NCBI GenBank assembly: GCA_964234715.1
Contig: OZ174283.1
Direction: 5' to 3' (one strand)
Length of the DNA: 64,000 nt
Source of the DNA: Podarcis melisellensis
Lineage: Eukaryota
The notes below the pieces were generated by a model, which ran no database searches, was not told the origin of the DNA, and was given only the letters and a program-made list of their open reading frames with translations. Below are positions 13,262 to 25,810 of this stretch, in pieces; positions within the stretch are counted from its first letter, which is position 1; the number at the start of each line of letters is the position of its first letter. Position numbers and translations under genes: made by a program.

Positions 13262-13487
13262 CAGTGGTACCTCGAGTTAAGAACTTAATTCATTCCAGAG
13301 GTCCGTTCTTAACCTAAAACTGTTCTTAACCTGAGGTACCACTTTAGCTAATGAGGCCTCCTGCTGCTGCCACACTGCCAGAGCACGATTTCTGTTCTCA
13401 TCCTGAAGCAAAGTTCTTAACCCAAGGTACTATTTCTGGGTTAGCGGAGTCTGTAACCTGAAGCGTCTGTAACTTGAGGTACCACTG
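13262..13487 (-). mobile_element. Tc1/mariner-type MITE, ~240 bp family
   Basis: CAGTGGTACCTC...GAGGTACCACTG, TA flanks. Confidence 0.92.
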
Positions 13488-13490
13488 TAT

Positions 13491-13620
13491 TAAGAACGTA
13501 AGTAAAGCTCTGCTGGATCATGTAGTCCACATTCTGTTCTCACTGTGACCAACCAGATACCTGGGAAGCCTGCAAGGAGAACGTGTGTGCAATTGCCACT
13601 TGTGATATCCAACAACATCA
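13491..13620 (-). mobile_element. Old SINE fragment with a CR1/LF-SINE-like 3' tail
   Basis: AAGAACGTAAG...CTGCTGGATCA...CTGTTCTCAC.GTG.CCAACCAGAT; related fragments near 28588-28720, 36755-36870 and 54430-54530. Confidence 0.5.
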
Positions 13621-13843
13621 CCACGAACGCCTCCCTTGTTCTCTTACAATGGCAATGGAGCCCACCTGAGAGGTGCTGGAACTAAGTTCCAGCTGGAAAA
13701 AAATTCCTGATTGCAATGAAACATTTAGATACAAGTCACTTTCAGCACTATCCGAAGGCAGCCCTGTTCAGGGAAGTTTTTAATGTATGATGCTGCCTTG
13801 TGTTTCAATTTGTTGGAAGCTGCCTGTTGTTATTGTTCTATAC

Positions 13844-14222
13844 CAGGGATGTCCAACAGGTCGATCACGATCTACTGGTAGATCCCTGTGAGGTTTGGTA
13901 GATTGTGGTCGATCTCTGGCTCCCTTTCCTTAGCGTTGCTAAAACTGACTCCTGCCCCGGCCCCTCGCCCCACCCTCCATTGATGTATGATCTCTGGAAG
14001 GGAAGACAGAGTTTTGACCCATAGAGATTTTTTTGTGAGTGACCTTATCCCTTTGACCCTTGCCTTTAACCCCCTCAAAAGCAGAACACCCCAAGATTTT
14101 CTCTTAGCCCCCCCAAAAAAGCTCAACAACTTTGAGCTGAACCACCCAAAAGTAGGGGTAGATCACTGCCAGATTTTCATTCTGAAAGTAGATCACAGTC
14201 TCTTGAGAGCTGGTCACCCCTG
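13844..14222. mobile_element. hAT (Charlie-like) MITE, 379 bp
   Basis: TIRs CAGGGATGTCCAAC / GCTGGTCACCCCTG; perfect 8-bp TSD TTCTATAC (13836-13843, 14223-14230); subterminal GTAGATC repeats. Confidence 0.9.
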
Positions 14223-15074
14223 TTCTATACATACCTATTAAGAGGTAAGTCCCATTTAGGGGAATGGAGCTTAATGCCAAGTGAGTGAATATAGAATTGC
14301 ACCCCTGTTTGCTTAAACACCTGATTTAAAGCCCTATTTGGGGGCACAATTGCTCCTCTAATCAGCAAGGAGTTAGCAAGAGTGTACCACACCACACCTT
14401 CTCTGCCAGACTGTTTCCCAGTTCTTCCTGTAAATAATGAAGCAATGAAAAACAAGGCAGCTAACACTACCCTCTCCAAAATCCCTTGCTCCTTGAGCAT
14501 ATATGCAATTCCTCTCTCCTGTCAAGCCACAGCAATATTTTTTAAAGAGAGAAAAAAATTCAAAAAAGGAAATAATTGATCTAATATATAGTACCATTAT
14601 TATACAACGTTGGCCATGACTAAATAAGAAAATGAATTGTGACTTTCTATTTAATGCTGTCATTAAAGTGTTGCTGCTTGTTCTGGTGTAATGAATTGTT
14701 CGGCACTGAATATGGTATTGATTATTGAAAGTGTTCCATGACTTGCTGGTTTTGATGATTTCCTCATTTTTGTAACGTACTGATTTGAATTGTGTTGGAT
14801 CTATGTGTACTGTGAACACACTTTGAGTGCCATAATTGCAAAAAGGGGTGCTATAAATTGTTTGACGTTAGTATTGATTTTTAAAAGAAAAAAAACCTCC
14901 CATTTTCCAGATTTAGAAGACTGGAAAACCAACTCACAAGTTGGTCTTTGCTTCCTAATCTGAAAAGCAAAAAAAGCAAAAAAAAAAACCACCAACACTC
15001 CTAATTAGAAATAGGGGAGACATTTGATTGCATTTGCATTTAAAGGTGAATCTATCTTTTTCATACTTTGTTTT

Positions 15075-15526
15075 ATTATTATTATTAATTATTTATTTAT
15101 TTATTTATACCTACCCTGCCCATCTGGCTGGGTTTCCACAGCCACTCTGGACAGCTCCCAACAGAATATTAAAAATAGGATCAAACATTAAAAAGTTCCC
15201 TAAACAGGGCTGCCTTCAGATGTCTTCTAAAAGTCAGATAGTTGATTATTTCCTTGACATCTGATGGGAGGGAGTTCCACAGGGCGGGCACCACCACTGA
15301 GAAGGCTCTCTGCCTGGTTTCCTGTAACCTTACTTCTCGCAGTGAGGGAACTGCCAGAAAGTCCTCGGAGCTGGACCTCAGTGTCTGGGCTGAACGATGG
15401 GGTGAAGACTCTCCTTCAGATATATTGGGGCGAGGCCTTTTAGAGCTTTAAAGGTCAGCACCAACACTTTGAATTGTGCTCAGAAATATACTGGGAGCCT
15501 ATGTAAGTCTTTCAGGACCGGTGTTA
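15075..15526 (-). mobile_element. L2-clade LINE 3' fragment
   Basis: Same family as 5908-7270 (CCCATCTGGCTGGGTTTCC...TAAACAGGGCTGCCTTCAGATG); (TTA)n/(TTTA)n tail. Confidence 0.9.
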
Positions 15527-15529
15527 AAA

Positions 15530-15876
15530 ACATATGGAAACCGAAACAGAGCCATCCTTTGCAAGTCACACTTCTCTGAATTTTGCAATGTAATTCTCCA
15601 ACCAAGTAATGTGTAAAGCAATGCCTATGTTAGGGTATAATAGGTGAAAATAACATTTAAAAATTCATTAAGGAAAATTGCTTGGCAAAAATGTGCATGT
15701 TAGGTACAATGTCATACAAAAACATGTATGTATTGGGAAAAATTCACACTAAATGGTGATGAATTTTCAAAAGGTCTTAAAAAATAAAAGGCAAACCAAT
15801 GTGGAAATGTGGAGAACTGAATTTAAGATGGGGAAAATGACAAACTGAGATAAACTATCAGATTCGCCTATCCTTA
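15530..15876. mobile_element. AT-rich non-autonomous DNA-transposon-like fragment
   Basis: AATGTGGAAATGTGGAGA.CTGAA...AAATGA.AAACTGAGA recurs at about 62898-62950, so this is a dispersed repeat; family uncertain. Confidence 0.5.
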
Positions 15877-16380
15877 CCCCTCATTCTATGTTCAGCCATG
15901 CTGGAAGTGGGCAACTATTTTGTGTGTTTTCCCTCAACCCTTGGTGGTAGAAATATTGGAGGAAAATCCCTGGAAGACAATAGGAAGACAAGTTCCAGAT
16001 TCCACCCCAACAAGGGTTCCGTTCTCTCTTTGTGGTGCAGGCAAGAAAGAGGGGATAGAATGCAATTTCTACCTTCACCTTATTTACTAGATTTCAATAG
16101 CTGCTGCTTTGCTGCATTCAAAATTCGTTGTTCTGTCTTGCATCATCTCTTTCCCTGCCCACACACAGAGCTTATCTGCAAAGCTTGACTTTCTCTTTCC
16201 TTTCCTAGTTAAAAGGCCTGAGTTCACAATCTGCCAGGGGACAGACTTTGAGATCTCGCCCCCGCTCCCAGCTTATATTCTGCAAGGCTACAGAGCTATC
16301 TTAGAGTTCTTTGCAGAAAGTGGAGAGCAATGTTATGCAAAAAGCTTCACAATGAAGCTGATACTCAATTATTCTCTTTA

Positions 16381-16622
16381 CAGTGGTACCTCGGATTGCA
16401 GACACTTTAGGTTACATACGCTTCAGGTTACAGACTCCGCTAACCCAGAAATAGTACCTCGGGTTAAGAACTTTGCTTCAGGATGAGAACAGAAATCGCG
16501 TGGCAGCGGCACAGCAGCAGCGGGAGGCTCCATTAGCTAAACTGGTACCTCAGGTTAAGAACAGTTTCAGGTTAAGAATGGACCTCCAGAACGAATTAAG
16601 TTCTTAACCCGAGGTACCACTG
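16381..16622 (+). mobile_element. Tc1/mariner-type MITE, ~240 bp family
   Basis: CAGTGGTACCTCGG / CCGAGGTACCACTG TIRs; left TA, right TC. Confidence 0.92.
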
Positions 16623-17150
16623 TCTTATTCCTTTTATTTAAAAAATCCTTTATAATTATCCAATTTTTTTACTGTTGTTTTGCTTCCCCTTAGGTAAATC
16701 AGTTTATGCTCGGTGAAAACAATGGTCAAAATCCACATAAATATCAATATCTGTAGACCCTGGACAGATGTAGAGTTTGTCTACGAGTGCAAAACTTTTG
16801 CAAGTTTGAAACCGTCTATACTGGCTTATTTTGTAAGGGGGGGTGTTACAGTATATTTCTGACACATAATTGTAATTTTCTACACAGAATTCATATATTT
16901 CCTGCTGATAATGACACACAGTTCTGACAGCCTCACAGAAGGTTCAGCATTCTGTTTTGATGAAAGCTGGTTTTCAAAATTGCCAAGAAATGTAATCAAA
17001 GCTAGCGGTGCTGAAATATCACCACTTATTTATATATATTTCAACTATTAGAATACTTGATTCGGACCTAGGATTATAGGTGAATTTCAATGTTGCATTT
17101 CACACTTTTAGATCCTGCCCTTTACCCAATGGTAGAACTACAAGTTACAT

Positions 17151-17194
<44 letters not shown>
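17151..17194. repeat. (GACA)n microsatellite
   Basis: About 11 direct GACA units. Confidence 0.97.
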
Positions 17195-17196
<2 letters not shown>

Positions 17197-17255
17197 ACAC
17201 TAACAGCTGCATTTCCTGGAGAAAAAGCCACTTCCGAGCTGGAGAGGAGGTGGGG

Positions 17256-18005
17256 TTGCGGGCTTCATGCTCTTCCCCCACATGTGCAGGGGCTGGCTTG
17301 CAGCCCCCGCGAGAGCAGGGAATCCTCGGGTGCGTCATCTCCCTTGCCAGCCAATCGGCTAGCCCTGGAGGCATGGTCCACGCTATTTAGGGCTGGCGCG
17401 CCTGATGATTTCCCTCTTTCTCTGCTCCAGCACCCCAGCTGCTCCGGTTTCCCACCTTCCCACCCTTTAGCTTTGGCTCCTTGACATTGCTATGGAATTT
17501 GGTTGGTCGCCGTCAAGGGGCCTGGTGGGAATTTTTTCCACTTGGCACCAGCCATTTGGTTTTTCGCCTACCTCGTAGCAAATCGTCACAACTTCCTCGG
17601 CATTGGCGGTTAGGCATTGGTAAGGGTGTTGTTATGCAGATGACTGGGGGGGGAGGAAGCACCATCATCTTCTCCCATATCAAAGGGTAGTCCGGTAAAG
17701 GATTCCGGGGAGCGTTGTCCTGTCCGAAGCCTATGGAGGTGTGGGCCTAAGGCACGCCCCCAAGCGGTGACCCCGGGGGAGCTCCAAGTTGATTTACATC
17801 AGCAGGACCCCCACTACTGGTGGTTAACCCTTGCCGGTCTTCTAGCAATCAGGCTGAAGCCGGTTAGTCGATAGGACCAATGCCCACGCCAATACCGCTC
17901 AATTCCTGTCATCAATAAAGTTGTGGTCCAATTTTGCCCATTAACCTAAAATACTGGTGTCCTGTGTCTTTATTTCCATTGGGGAGTCGGAAACTCACCA
18001 CGCAA
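17256..18005 (+). mobile_element. LTR-like remnant, putative Ngaro/DIRS-type terminal repeat
   Basis: GC/CpG-rich island with TTGCG...CGCAA ends, CCAAT, TATTTAG, CCCACCTTCCCACCCT and AATAAAGTTGTGGTC...TGTGTCTTTATTT; the last motif recurs on the minus strand at about 42420-42480. Confidence 0.55.
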
Positions 18006-18782
18006 TCAGCTTTGGAGGGAGGTGGAGTGGAAGACCTCTGGAGGGCACTTTTCTGCTCCAAATCATCTCCCAAATCTTCTTTTCACTAGAAAACATCACT
18101 CTTGAATGCACATATAATATATAATTAAAATCTAAGATCCCCCTGGCATTACGGCCTATGACAAATCAGAGTCATTTGAGCACAAAGAAAGGTGAGGGGG
18201 AATGCATGGTCTCCAAAACCTGAGCCATCTAAATATGAAAGCTTCTGTCTCTGGGTCACTTCAAACATGCATATTCATGACTTAATTTATTAACGAACAC
18301 TTGATAGCTCACAGACAAATATGCTGAACAACATAGCATTTGAGGAGATGTGAAGTGATACATGAATTGGCATTTGATCTGTGATGGTTCATTAACACAT
18401 ACATGTGTGAAGCATCCTTTAGTTCCAGCATATGCCGCAAAGCTATTGAGCATGTTCAAAACAATGGCAGGCATGGAACGTCTGCTACTCACCCGAATCC
18501 AGCTGCTTATGGAGAGATTTGGCTAGAGAGATGAAAGCCTGCAGCTTAGCAGGGTAATATTTTTAAAAGGATATATCAGAAGGTCGTAAAGTCAAGCGGA
18601 AGCTTTCCAGTTCTGCAGAAGGTCTTCAGGTGGAATGTTAAATAAAACATGGTGGGCAAAGAGGGTAGAGAGAAAGCACAACATGATGTCTACAATCTTA
18701 AACAGGGCCGGATTAAAATATGCTGAGGCCCTAAACTATGCCTACTCTAACAACCCAGCAACATTACCAAGCCTATGTATTA

Positions 18783-19013
18783 CACTGGTACCTCGGGTTA
18801 CAGACGCTTCAGGTTACAGACACTTCAGGTTACAGACTCCGCTAACCCAGAAATAGTACCTCGGGTTAAGAACTTTGCTTCAGGATGAGAACAGAAATTG
18901 TGCGGTGGCAGCCGGAGGCCCCATTAGCTAAAGTGGTCCCTCAGGTTAAGAACAGTTTCAGGTTAAGAACGGACCTCCAGAATGAATTAAGTTCTTAACC
19001 TGAAGTACCACTG
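18783..19013 (+). mobile_element. Tc1/mariner-type MITE, ~240 bp family; possibly nested in an older hAT-like element starting CAGGGCCGGATT at 18703
   Basis: CACTGGTACCTCGGG / TGAAGTACCACTG, TA flanks. Confidence 0.9.
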
Positions 19014-20428
19014 TATTCTAACAGAAAGGATCATGAAAATAGAAACAGTAAACTCTTGTATTTGCATATAGTGATACTGAGACAAGTGTGCAACTAAAAA
19101 CTAAGTAAAATGTATATCTTGTAATAAGCCTACAGAATTTACATGCAAAATCTGCATGTGAAATACCTTTCTATGAAAATGCATTACAATGCAACAACAC
19201 AATAATGTCAAACTTAAAATTAAGTATTAAAAATTATATTTAGAGACCACTCATAAACTGAGGCCTTCCTGTAGTTTAGCTTGTGCTAAGTAAACCCATT
19301 GCTGGTTTTTAAGATGGATTGCACAGACTTAAGTTGCTGGTTGAATGGGCGGGGGGGATCTAATAATATACAAAATTGGAGCGCAATTAAGAATAGCCAT
19401 TCGGTCTGTGCCAAGTGTCTGACAACTTTGATTCATGTATCCAAGTTTTCTGGAGGAAATGGACTTCTCTTCCCAAATTTCTCAAAAGTACAAATGTTCA
19501 CTTTAAAAACAAAACAAAACACGTATTCAGTGTCATTTCTACTATATGCTGCTGCTATGTCATTTTCCCCCCAGGGTAGGGATACTTTCTCCCTCCTAGA
19601 TATATCCCAAACAATCAGGGATCATGTAATGAATGACAATGAATATCATCACACTGTGTAACCAATCAGCTTTGGCTATGTGCTTACAATCATTCAATGG
19701 AACAAAGCCCATTTAGAGTGAGGAAGTGCTTCCTAGACTGGTCACATGAGTGATCCTATCTAATCAAGGGCCTCTGAAACCTATTCTGCATAAGGCAACA
19801 CTTTTGTCCTCCCTTTGCAGTTATACTTGAAAACAAATTGAAATGCTGATTAAAATGTTCATGAAAATCCTTGCCTTTGGTTCAGCCGAGCAACCTATTG
19901 TTTCTCCATATAGAAGGACAAAATGGAATAGCATTCTGACTCCCTCTGCTGGATTAGTTTTTCTTATCTGTGTAATAAGGCTATTAAAAATGCAAGGCTG
20001 CATTCTTATCAGTCAAGACTGAGGAGTTTTACTGTAAAAACTCTGCATTGCCATAATAAAATGTGGAATATGGAAACAACTTTTTATCAGTAAGCCATCC
20101 ATTGGTTGCCTATTGTCAAAATGGAATGTTGAAGCTGAAGGAGACTATAAGCAGTAAAACCAGAGAGCTGAAAACTACTGAACACAAGACAATATCTAGG
20201 CAGGCCGTAAAGAGCATTGTGCAATTCTCTTTCGGATTATGCTAGTAATTGTCTGACAGCAGACAGTCCAGCATTTGCCAAGTTCTCCCTGCCAGGCGAG
20301 AGCAGTCCAGTTTTGCAAACTGCATTTCTCGCAGGAAGCTGTGCTTGAATGCAGTCCTCTACCAAATTTAGTGAGGCTTACTTCTGTGTAGACATGCATT
20401 GGCTTGCACTATTAAGAAATCTTTAAAT

Positions 20429-20561
20429 CAGCGGTAGCCAGCATGGTCCCTCCAGATGTTACAGATTACAGTTTCCATCAGTCCCAGCCAGCATGGGCAA
20501 TGGTAAGGGATGCTATGAGTTGCAGTCGCAACACCTGGAAGCACCATGTTGGTTGCCCTTG
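20429..20561. mobile_element. ~130 bp palindromic hAT-type MITE
   Basis: CCCTCCAGATGTT...ACACCTGGA inverted arms; related copies near 26440-26545, 27120-27716, 41522-41640 and 46490-46620. Confidence 0.6.
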
Positions 20562-20869
20562 TAAATGCTACATTCATGCCATGGAAGGTCCTTTTAGATG
20601 GATTCATCTCTCATCTTTAGTGGCACTGTTGAAGCGCTACGACCACATTGGCAAGGTTGATCAGATGGGTCTTTTCCATAGAAGCTGCATGCTTCATTCA
20701 CCAGAGTGTTGATTCTAATGGAAAGACCCATGCCATCAGACTCACGCATGTGGGCTGAGCCTTTTAAATCTTGTATCATGGAACTGATGCACAGAACCCA
20801 CAGAAAAGTGCTTCCCATGGTGCAGAATTTAAAGAACATGGGAATAAATCCCAAAGAATTCAGTAGGAA

Positions 20870-21233
20870 GTAAAAGTAAAGAGTAAAGGTAAAGGAACTC
20901 TGGACAGCTAAGTCCAGTCAAAGGCGACTATGGGGTTGCAGCACTCATCTCACTTTCAGGCCAATGGAGCTGGCGTTTGTTCACAGACAGCTTTCCGGGT
21001 CATGTGGCCAGCAGGACTAAACCACTTCTGGTGCGACGGAGCACCGTGACGGAAACCAGAGCGCACGGAAACACCGTTTACCTTCCCACCACAGTAGTAC
21101 CTATTTATCTACTTGCAATGGCATGCTTTCGAACTGCTAGGTAGGCAGGAGCTGTGTGGATTCGAACTGCCAACCTTCTGATTGGCAAGCCCAAGAAGCT
21201 CAGTGGTTTAGACCACAGCACCACCTGCATCTC
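20870..21233 (-). mobile_element. Sauria SINE with a small internal deletion
   Basis: (AAAGGT)n-like tail, core motifs, GGATTCGAAC B-box; the GGGAC..AGCAAC.GGAGCTCAC segment is missing. Confidence 0.92.
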
Positions 21234-21342
21234 AGGATTGTTTTATAGACTTGTACATCTTGAAATATTAGAACATGGTTTGTATGGAATAAGCTTTTGT
21301 AGACTACAGCCCACTCCTTCCAATACATGGAACCATCTAGAA

Positions 21343-21682
21343 CAGGGGTTCCCAAACTGTGGTCACCATTGGTCCATAAGCTTCAGCATGTCCAGATTAC
21401 ATATTCATATTTCTTCAGAACAGTATCTTATTGCTTTTTTTATTGCTCAGATTATATTTTATTGTATTACAATTTGAATTCCATGGAATGCAGATAGCAA
21501 TACAATGAAATGCAATATAAGGAATAAAAGAAGGAACAAAAAGACAGTTTAAAGTCATACAGCATCTAGCACAAAAATGTTGTGATTGCTACTACAAGCA
21601 GAAAACTTACTAAGTGTTCTGCCAATGCCATCAACACATTTGCAAGTGGCCCATGGGAGGAAATTTTTTTTGATAACCCCTG
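21343..21682. mobile_element. hAT (Charlie-like) MITE, 340 bp
   Basis: TIRs CAGGGGTTCCCAAA / TTTGATAACCCCTG; 8-bp TSD ATCTAGAA / AACTAGAA. Confidence 0.85.
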
Positions 21683-22260
21683 AACTAGAATGTTGGCAAG
21701 TGCATGCGTATTACAGATAAAATAAAAAGCGGTTGTGTGATCTGCTCATTGCTTATCAGCTAGAATCTGCATCACTGCATTTTGAAATTCTCACATGTGC
21801 CAACTTTGATGGACCAAATTTGTGTAATTAATTTATTGCATTTTAGACCAAGAACAGCTGAAGACACCGCATTGTCTCCCCCTGCTCTAGCATAATGCCC
21901 AAGAGACTTCATCTCTGGTTGATTTTTTAGTCTAATACTGTTGCTAGTCATCTCCATATCCTCTTACAGATTCATGTATGAACACCCTCTCAGTTATAAC
22001 TTTCCAGTTCTTATGATATCCTCTAAGGAAGATTTTACAGACGTTTTTCATTTAGCATCCCTTCATGACAACAATGCTTGTAACACACATACTGAGACTA
22101 AATGACATTGGATTTTTTTCGTTTTCTCCTGATCTTCTTATCTTGCAACTAAAACGTAGCTTTTGCCCTCCAACAGATAGACTCCCAACACTTTTTGCCA
22201 AAACTTTTAATCATAAGCATTCTTCTCCGAATGATGGGCTCTTAGCTTGCTTACGCTGGA

Positions 22261-22430
22261 AGGGCCAGTAGGGCATCTGGATTGGATTCAGATGGTCCTG
22301 AGTTCAGTTTCCAGCATATCCAGGTTGGGCTGAGAAAGAACCCTAGAGAGTCGCTCCCAGTCAGTGTAGACAACACTGATCTAGGTAGGCCATTGGCCTG
22401 ACTCACCACAAGGCAGCTTCCTCTGTTCCT
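22261..22430 (+). mobile_element. Squam3-like SINE, degenerate
   Basis: CCAGTCAGTGTAGACAA.ACTGA.CTAG...CTGACTC...AAGGCAGCTTCCT.TGTTCCT 3' half. Confidence 0.7.
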
Positions 22431-24599
22431 ATGCAGAAAAACCAACAAAGACTCTTATGGCACCTTAATGACAGTGGATTGGAAGCAGTCTACTCATGGG
22501 TGGAAGTTCACCCATAGGATGCTCCACTAGATGAAGGGAAGAGGTGAGTTTTATTGGTTTCCCCTTTCCCTTTTAGTGCTCTGTACACCCTCAAGCTGCT
22601 CCAATGGCTTGTGGGGACTATTTGGAACAGTGTCAGAGATGGCACTGGAGACTGCAGGAAAAACTGGCAGAAATTACTTACATACACACATTTCCCAGAG
22701 CCTCTGCTGGTTCTCAGTTCCTTCCATGAATTGAAATCTGGATCCAACCTAATCAAATATATTATGGCATCCACTTTCATGGTCTTGAGTATGACATATC
22801 TGATGAAATAGACTCTCGTCCACAAACGCGCATGCCATAATAAACAGGGCTCTTTGTTGTTTTTTGCCAAAGGATTCAATTAATTCTCTTGGGGAAAGCA
22901 CAGATCTAAAACAATCAGCCTGAGAAAGTCAAGTCCGTAGCAGAGCCATTTATTTTTTGCTAAGATTCATGTCTGCTGCTTTAAGCTAGATGGTGGCATC
23001 TGCACTTAACTCTCACAGCGGAAGAATGAATGTACCGCAGTGGACAAGGGCTTTAATGAAGGAAAATTGGGATGGCCTAAGTTTTGGAAATAACACAAAT
23101 ATCAGGACAAAGAACTATCCAAGATACCCTACTGTAGCCAAATTGCTTGCACTTTTTCCCATGAGTGGAGATCGTTATTGACTCTTGCTAGGTAAAGATA
23201 ATGTTTTGGAAGTTCCATGGAGTTATAATGGTTGGAGTCAAATAAAGCATATTCTTTGTCAATTTGCAAGCTTGTAGCCAGGTGAATACACAGACAGCAT
23301 GACACATCTTTCTACAGAAGTGCTATACAAAGGAGACTTTTGTGATACTACACTAACACTTCAAGATTCAGAGTACACCTTTCAGCCCTAGGGCCAAAAG
23401 AGTTTTATTAGCAAATTTTCAACACAGTGGAAAACACAGTCAGGCAGCAAATGTTCAAGTAACTGCAGCTTCAGTTACAGAAAATATAAACACAGGTGTG
23501 ACTATAATTAATCCACAAGTATTTCTTTTTCAGCCAGGTAAATATAACAGTCCCCTGCTGACAGAGCGTTCTGGAAAACTTTCACATTTGTTATATTTTA
23601 TGGACAAAGGATGAAATGTGATGGTGATGGTTGTCATTGTCATTTTAAGCTCAACCTTTAAAAAAAGTAAAATGGGAGAATGATGGTGGAGACAGAGGCC
23701 AAAACTACATATAACAACAGATCAAACCAAGGTACCTGGAACTCCACCAAACAGCCATTATACAAGTGGCAGGTGGGAGAGTGTACTTAACCCTTTCATT
23801 GCTTGCCCTTTCTCTCTGAATTTCCTTTATCCCCCCCCCCACACACATACTTTTCTTTTTTTAAAAAAAACACATATATGAAACTGGCTGGAAAAGGAGC
23901 ATATGATCTAGTAGGAGGAGCACCAGACAGGGCAGAACTCCATACTGACACTTCTCTGCCCTCTTACATTGATGATGAGTATAGAGTAATGGATAAATGA
24001 GTTTCACTTGATTACTTCAACTGCCTTAAGCAACCCATCACACATCAAGCACGCAGTCAGGTGTAATACCAGCTCATGATATCTCAAACACTTGCATAAA
24101 TGGATGGAGAATGTAGGGAGGGTCTGTAGGCCTCCACCTATATATATTCCCATCCCCAATGACATGTAGTTTCTCCTGGACCCATCTCCACTACCCATGA
24201 GTTTTGGGTCTTGAGGAAGCCTGCCCTCATAGCTTTATGCAGGTAGACTTCCTCATGTCAAATGTCTGTGTGAACAGTGGGTATGGAAGGAGTCACTCAT
24301 CATTAGGAACGGGCGCTGCAAGCTCAACGCTGCAGGGTCACTTCTACAAACATTCCAGAAGTCCACAGATAAAATGTCAGCATTAAAATCACATTAAAAG
24401 GCTTAGAATAGTTGTCATGTTATTTGCCGAGTTAAGGTCTGCAGGACCTTTAGCTAATCAGGGTTTACCTATATGACAGAAATTGCCCTCCCTAGAAAGG
24501 ATTGGGAGGAAGGAACATATTGTTTCAGGGATGGGTTAATCAATTGGCAAACTAAGAACCTGCCTAGGCCCTCACATCTTTAAGAGTCTCGAAATCAAG

Positions 24600-24675
24600 A
24601 AGGAAGGAAGGAAGGAAGGAAGGAAGGAAGGAAGGAAGGAAGGAAGGAAGGAAGGAAGGAAGGAAGGAAGGAAGG
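24600..24675. repeat. (AAGG)n microsatellite
   Basis: About 19 perfect units. Confidence 0.98.
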
Positions 24676-25810
24676 ACGGGCAAGCTTCTGTGCAAAAAGT
24701 CAGCCAATAAATCTTCCTTAATCAATAAATGCTCTTTAGCAACATGCTTGCCAAATGGTAGGAATCCATACAGAAATAAGGCAAAAATGAACTGTAGCTG
24801 AGTGGATAGGTGCTACCTCCTAAATGTCCTTCACCTCCGGGTTTTCATGGAGAAAACTCTGGAGCAAAAAAAAAGGCTGATCGGACACAGAGTCTCAAAT
24901 CATGGATGGTGCCAGGAAAGTGCAGAGGAAAGGTAAGGGCAGGTAAGTCCCCAGTGTTTGGCACATCTAACCCAATTTGCAGCAGCAAATAAGAGTTTAG
25001 AATAGGAAATGCCAGTCTGGGGTTCATATGTAGGGCAGGATGAACCAGCCAACCACTATTCCAGCACGTTGTCACAAAACATGATGTTTATGCCAGTAAT
25101 GGCTGCAGAAATGTCAGCTCAAATGCTGAGTAGTAGGTGAAAAAATGATTAACACTGCCTGTGTACTTTATAAATACAGGGCAGGAAAAAAGTCACTATA
25201 CAAGTGCAAATTATTCTTATTTACTCACAACTTGTATTTGTGTATAGAAAATTACAGTAGGAGCCAAGATCACACCACCATGAATAAAACTGTAAGCCAA
25301 AGTTTGCCGTCGTTGATTAATACAAATATTTTCGTTATGCATATGTGAGCAGTTTTACAACATCAGTCCTTGTGTGCCACAGTGAGAATCCTTCAGCTTA
25401 TTTTGATTATCCTCGGAAGGAAACACGATCCCATTACAAAATTACATTAGGCAATGTTTATCGACAAATATTTTGATAGTGCCTTCATAAAACGGGTCAA
25501 AGCTTTATTTGGGCCGGGGGAAAACAAACACACCTGAGATTAAACCATGTTCATTTTTATGGCATGACAAGGCTTAACTGACAAATGGGCTCTTGGCCCC
25601 TGGATAGTCTACTCCACTGGATCATAATGTACCTTATCATTCTTTCTTAAATATTCATCTAGTTTTAAGAATGAAAATGGGGTGGGGGGAAGGTACTGGT
25701 ACTCACCGACAGTTCCTGCACCCGCCCCAGCAATACCATCGCAAGCACCACCAGAGAGCTGACCAGGGCACATAGTCAGCAGCAGACTGCAGTGCACGGT
25801 GAATGATTAC

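Noticed and set aside
24920-24950. Strong donor sites AAG|GTAAGG and CAG|GTAAGT
   Set aside because: No convincing upstream acceptor or reading frame
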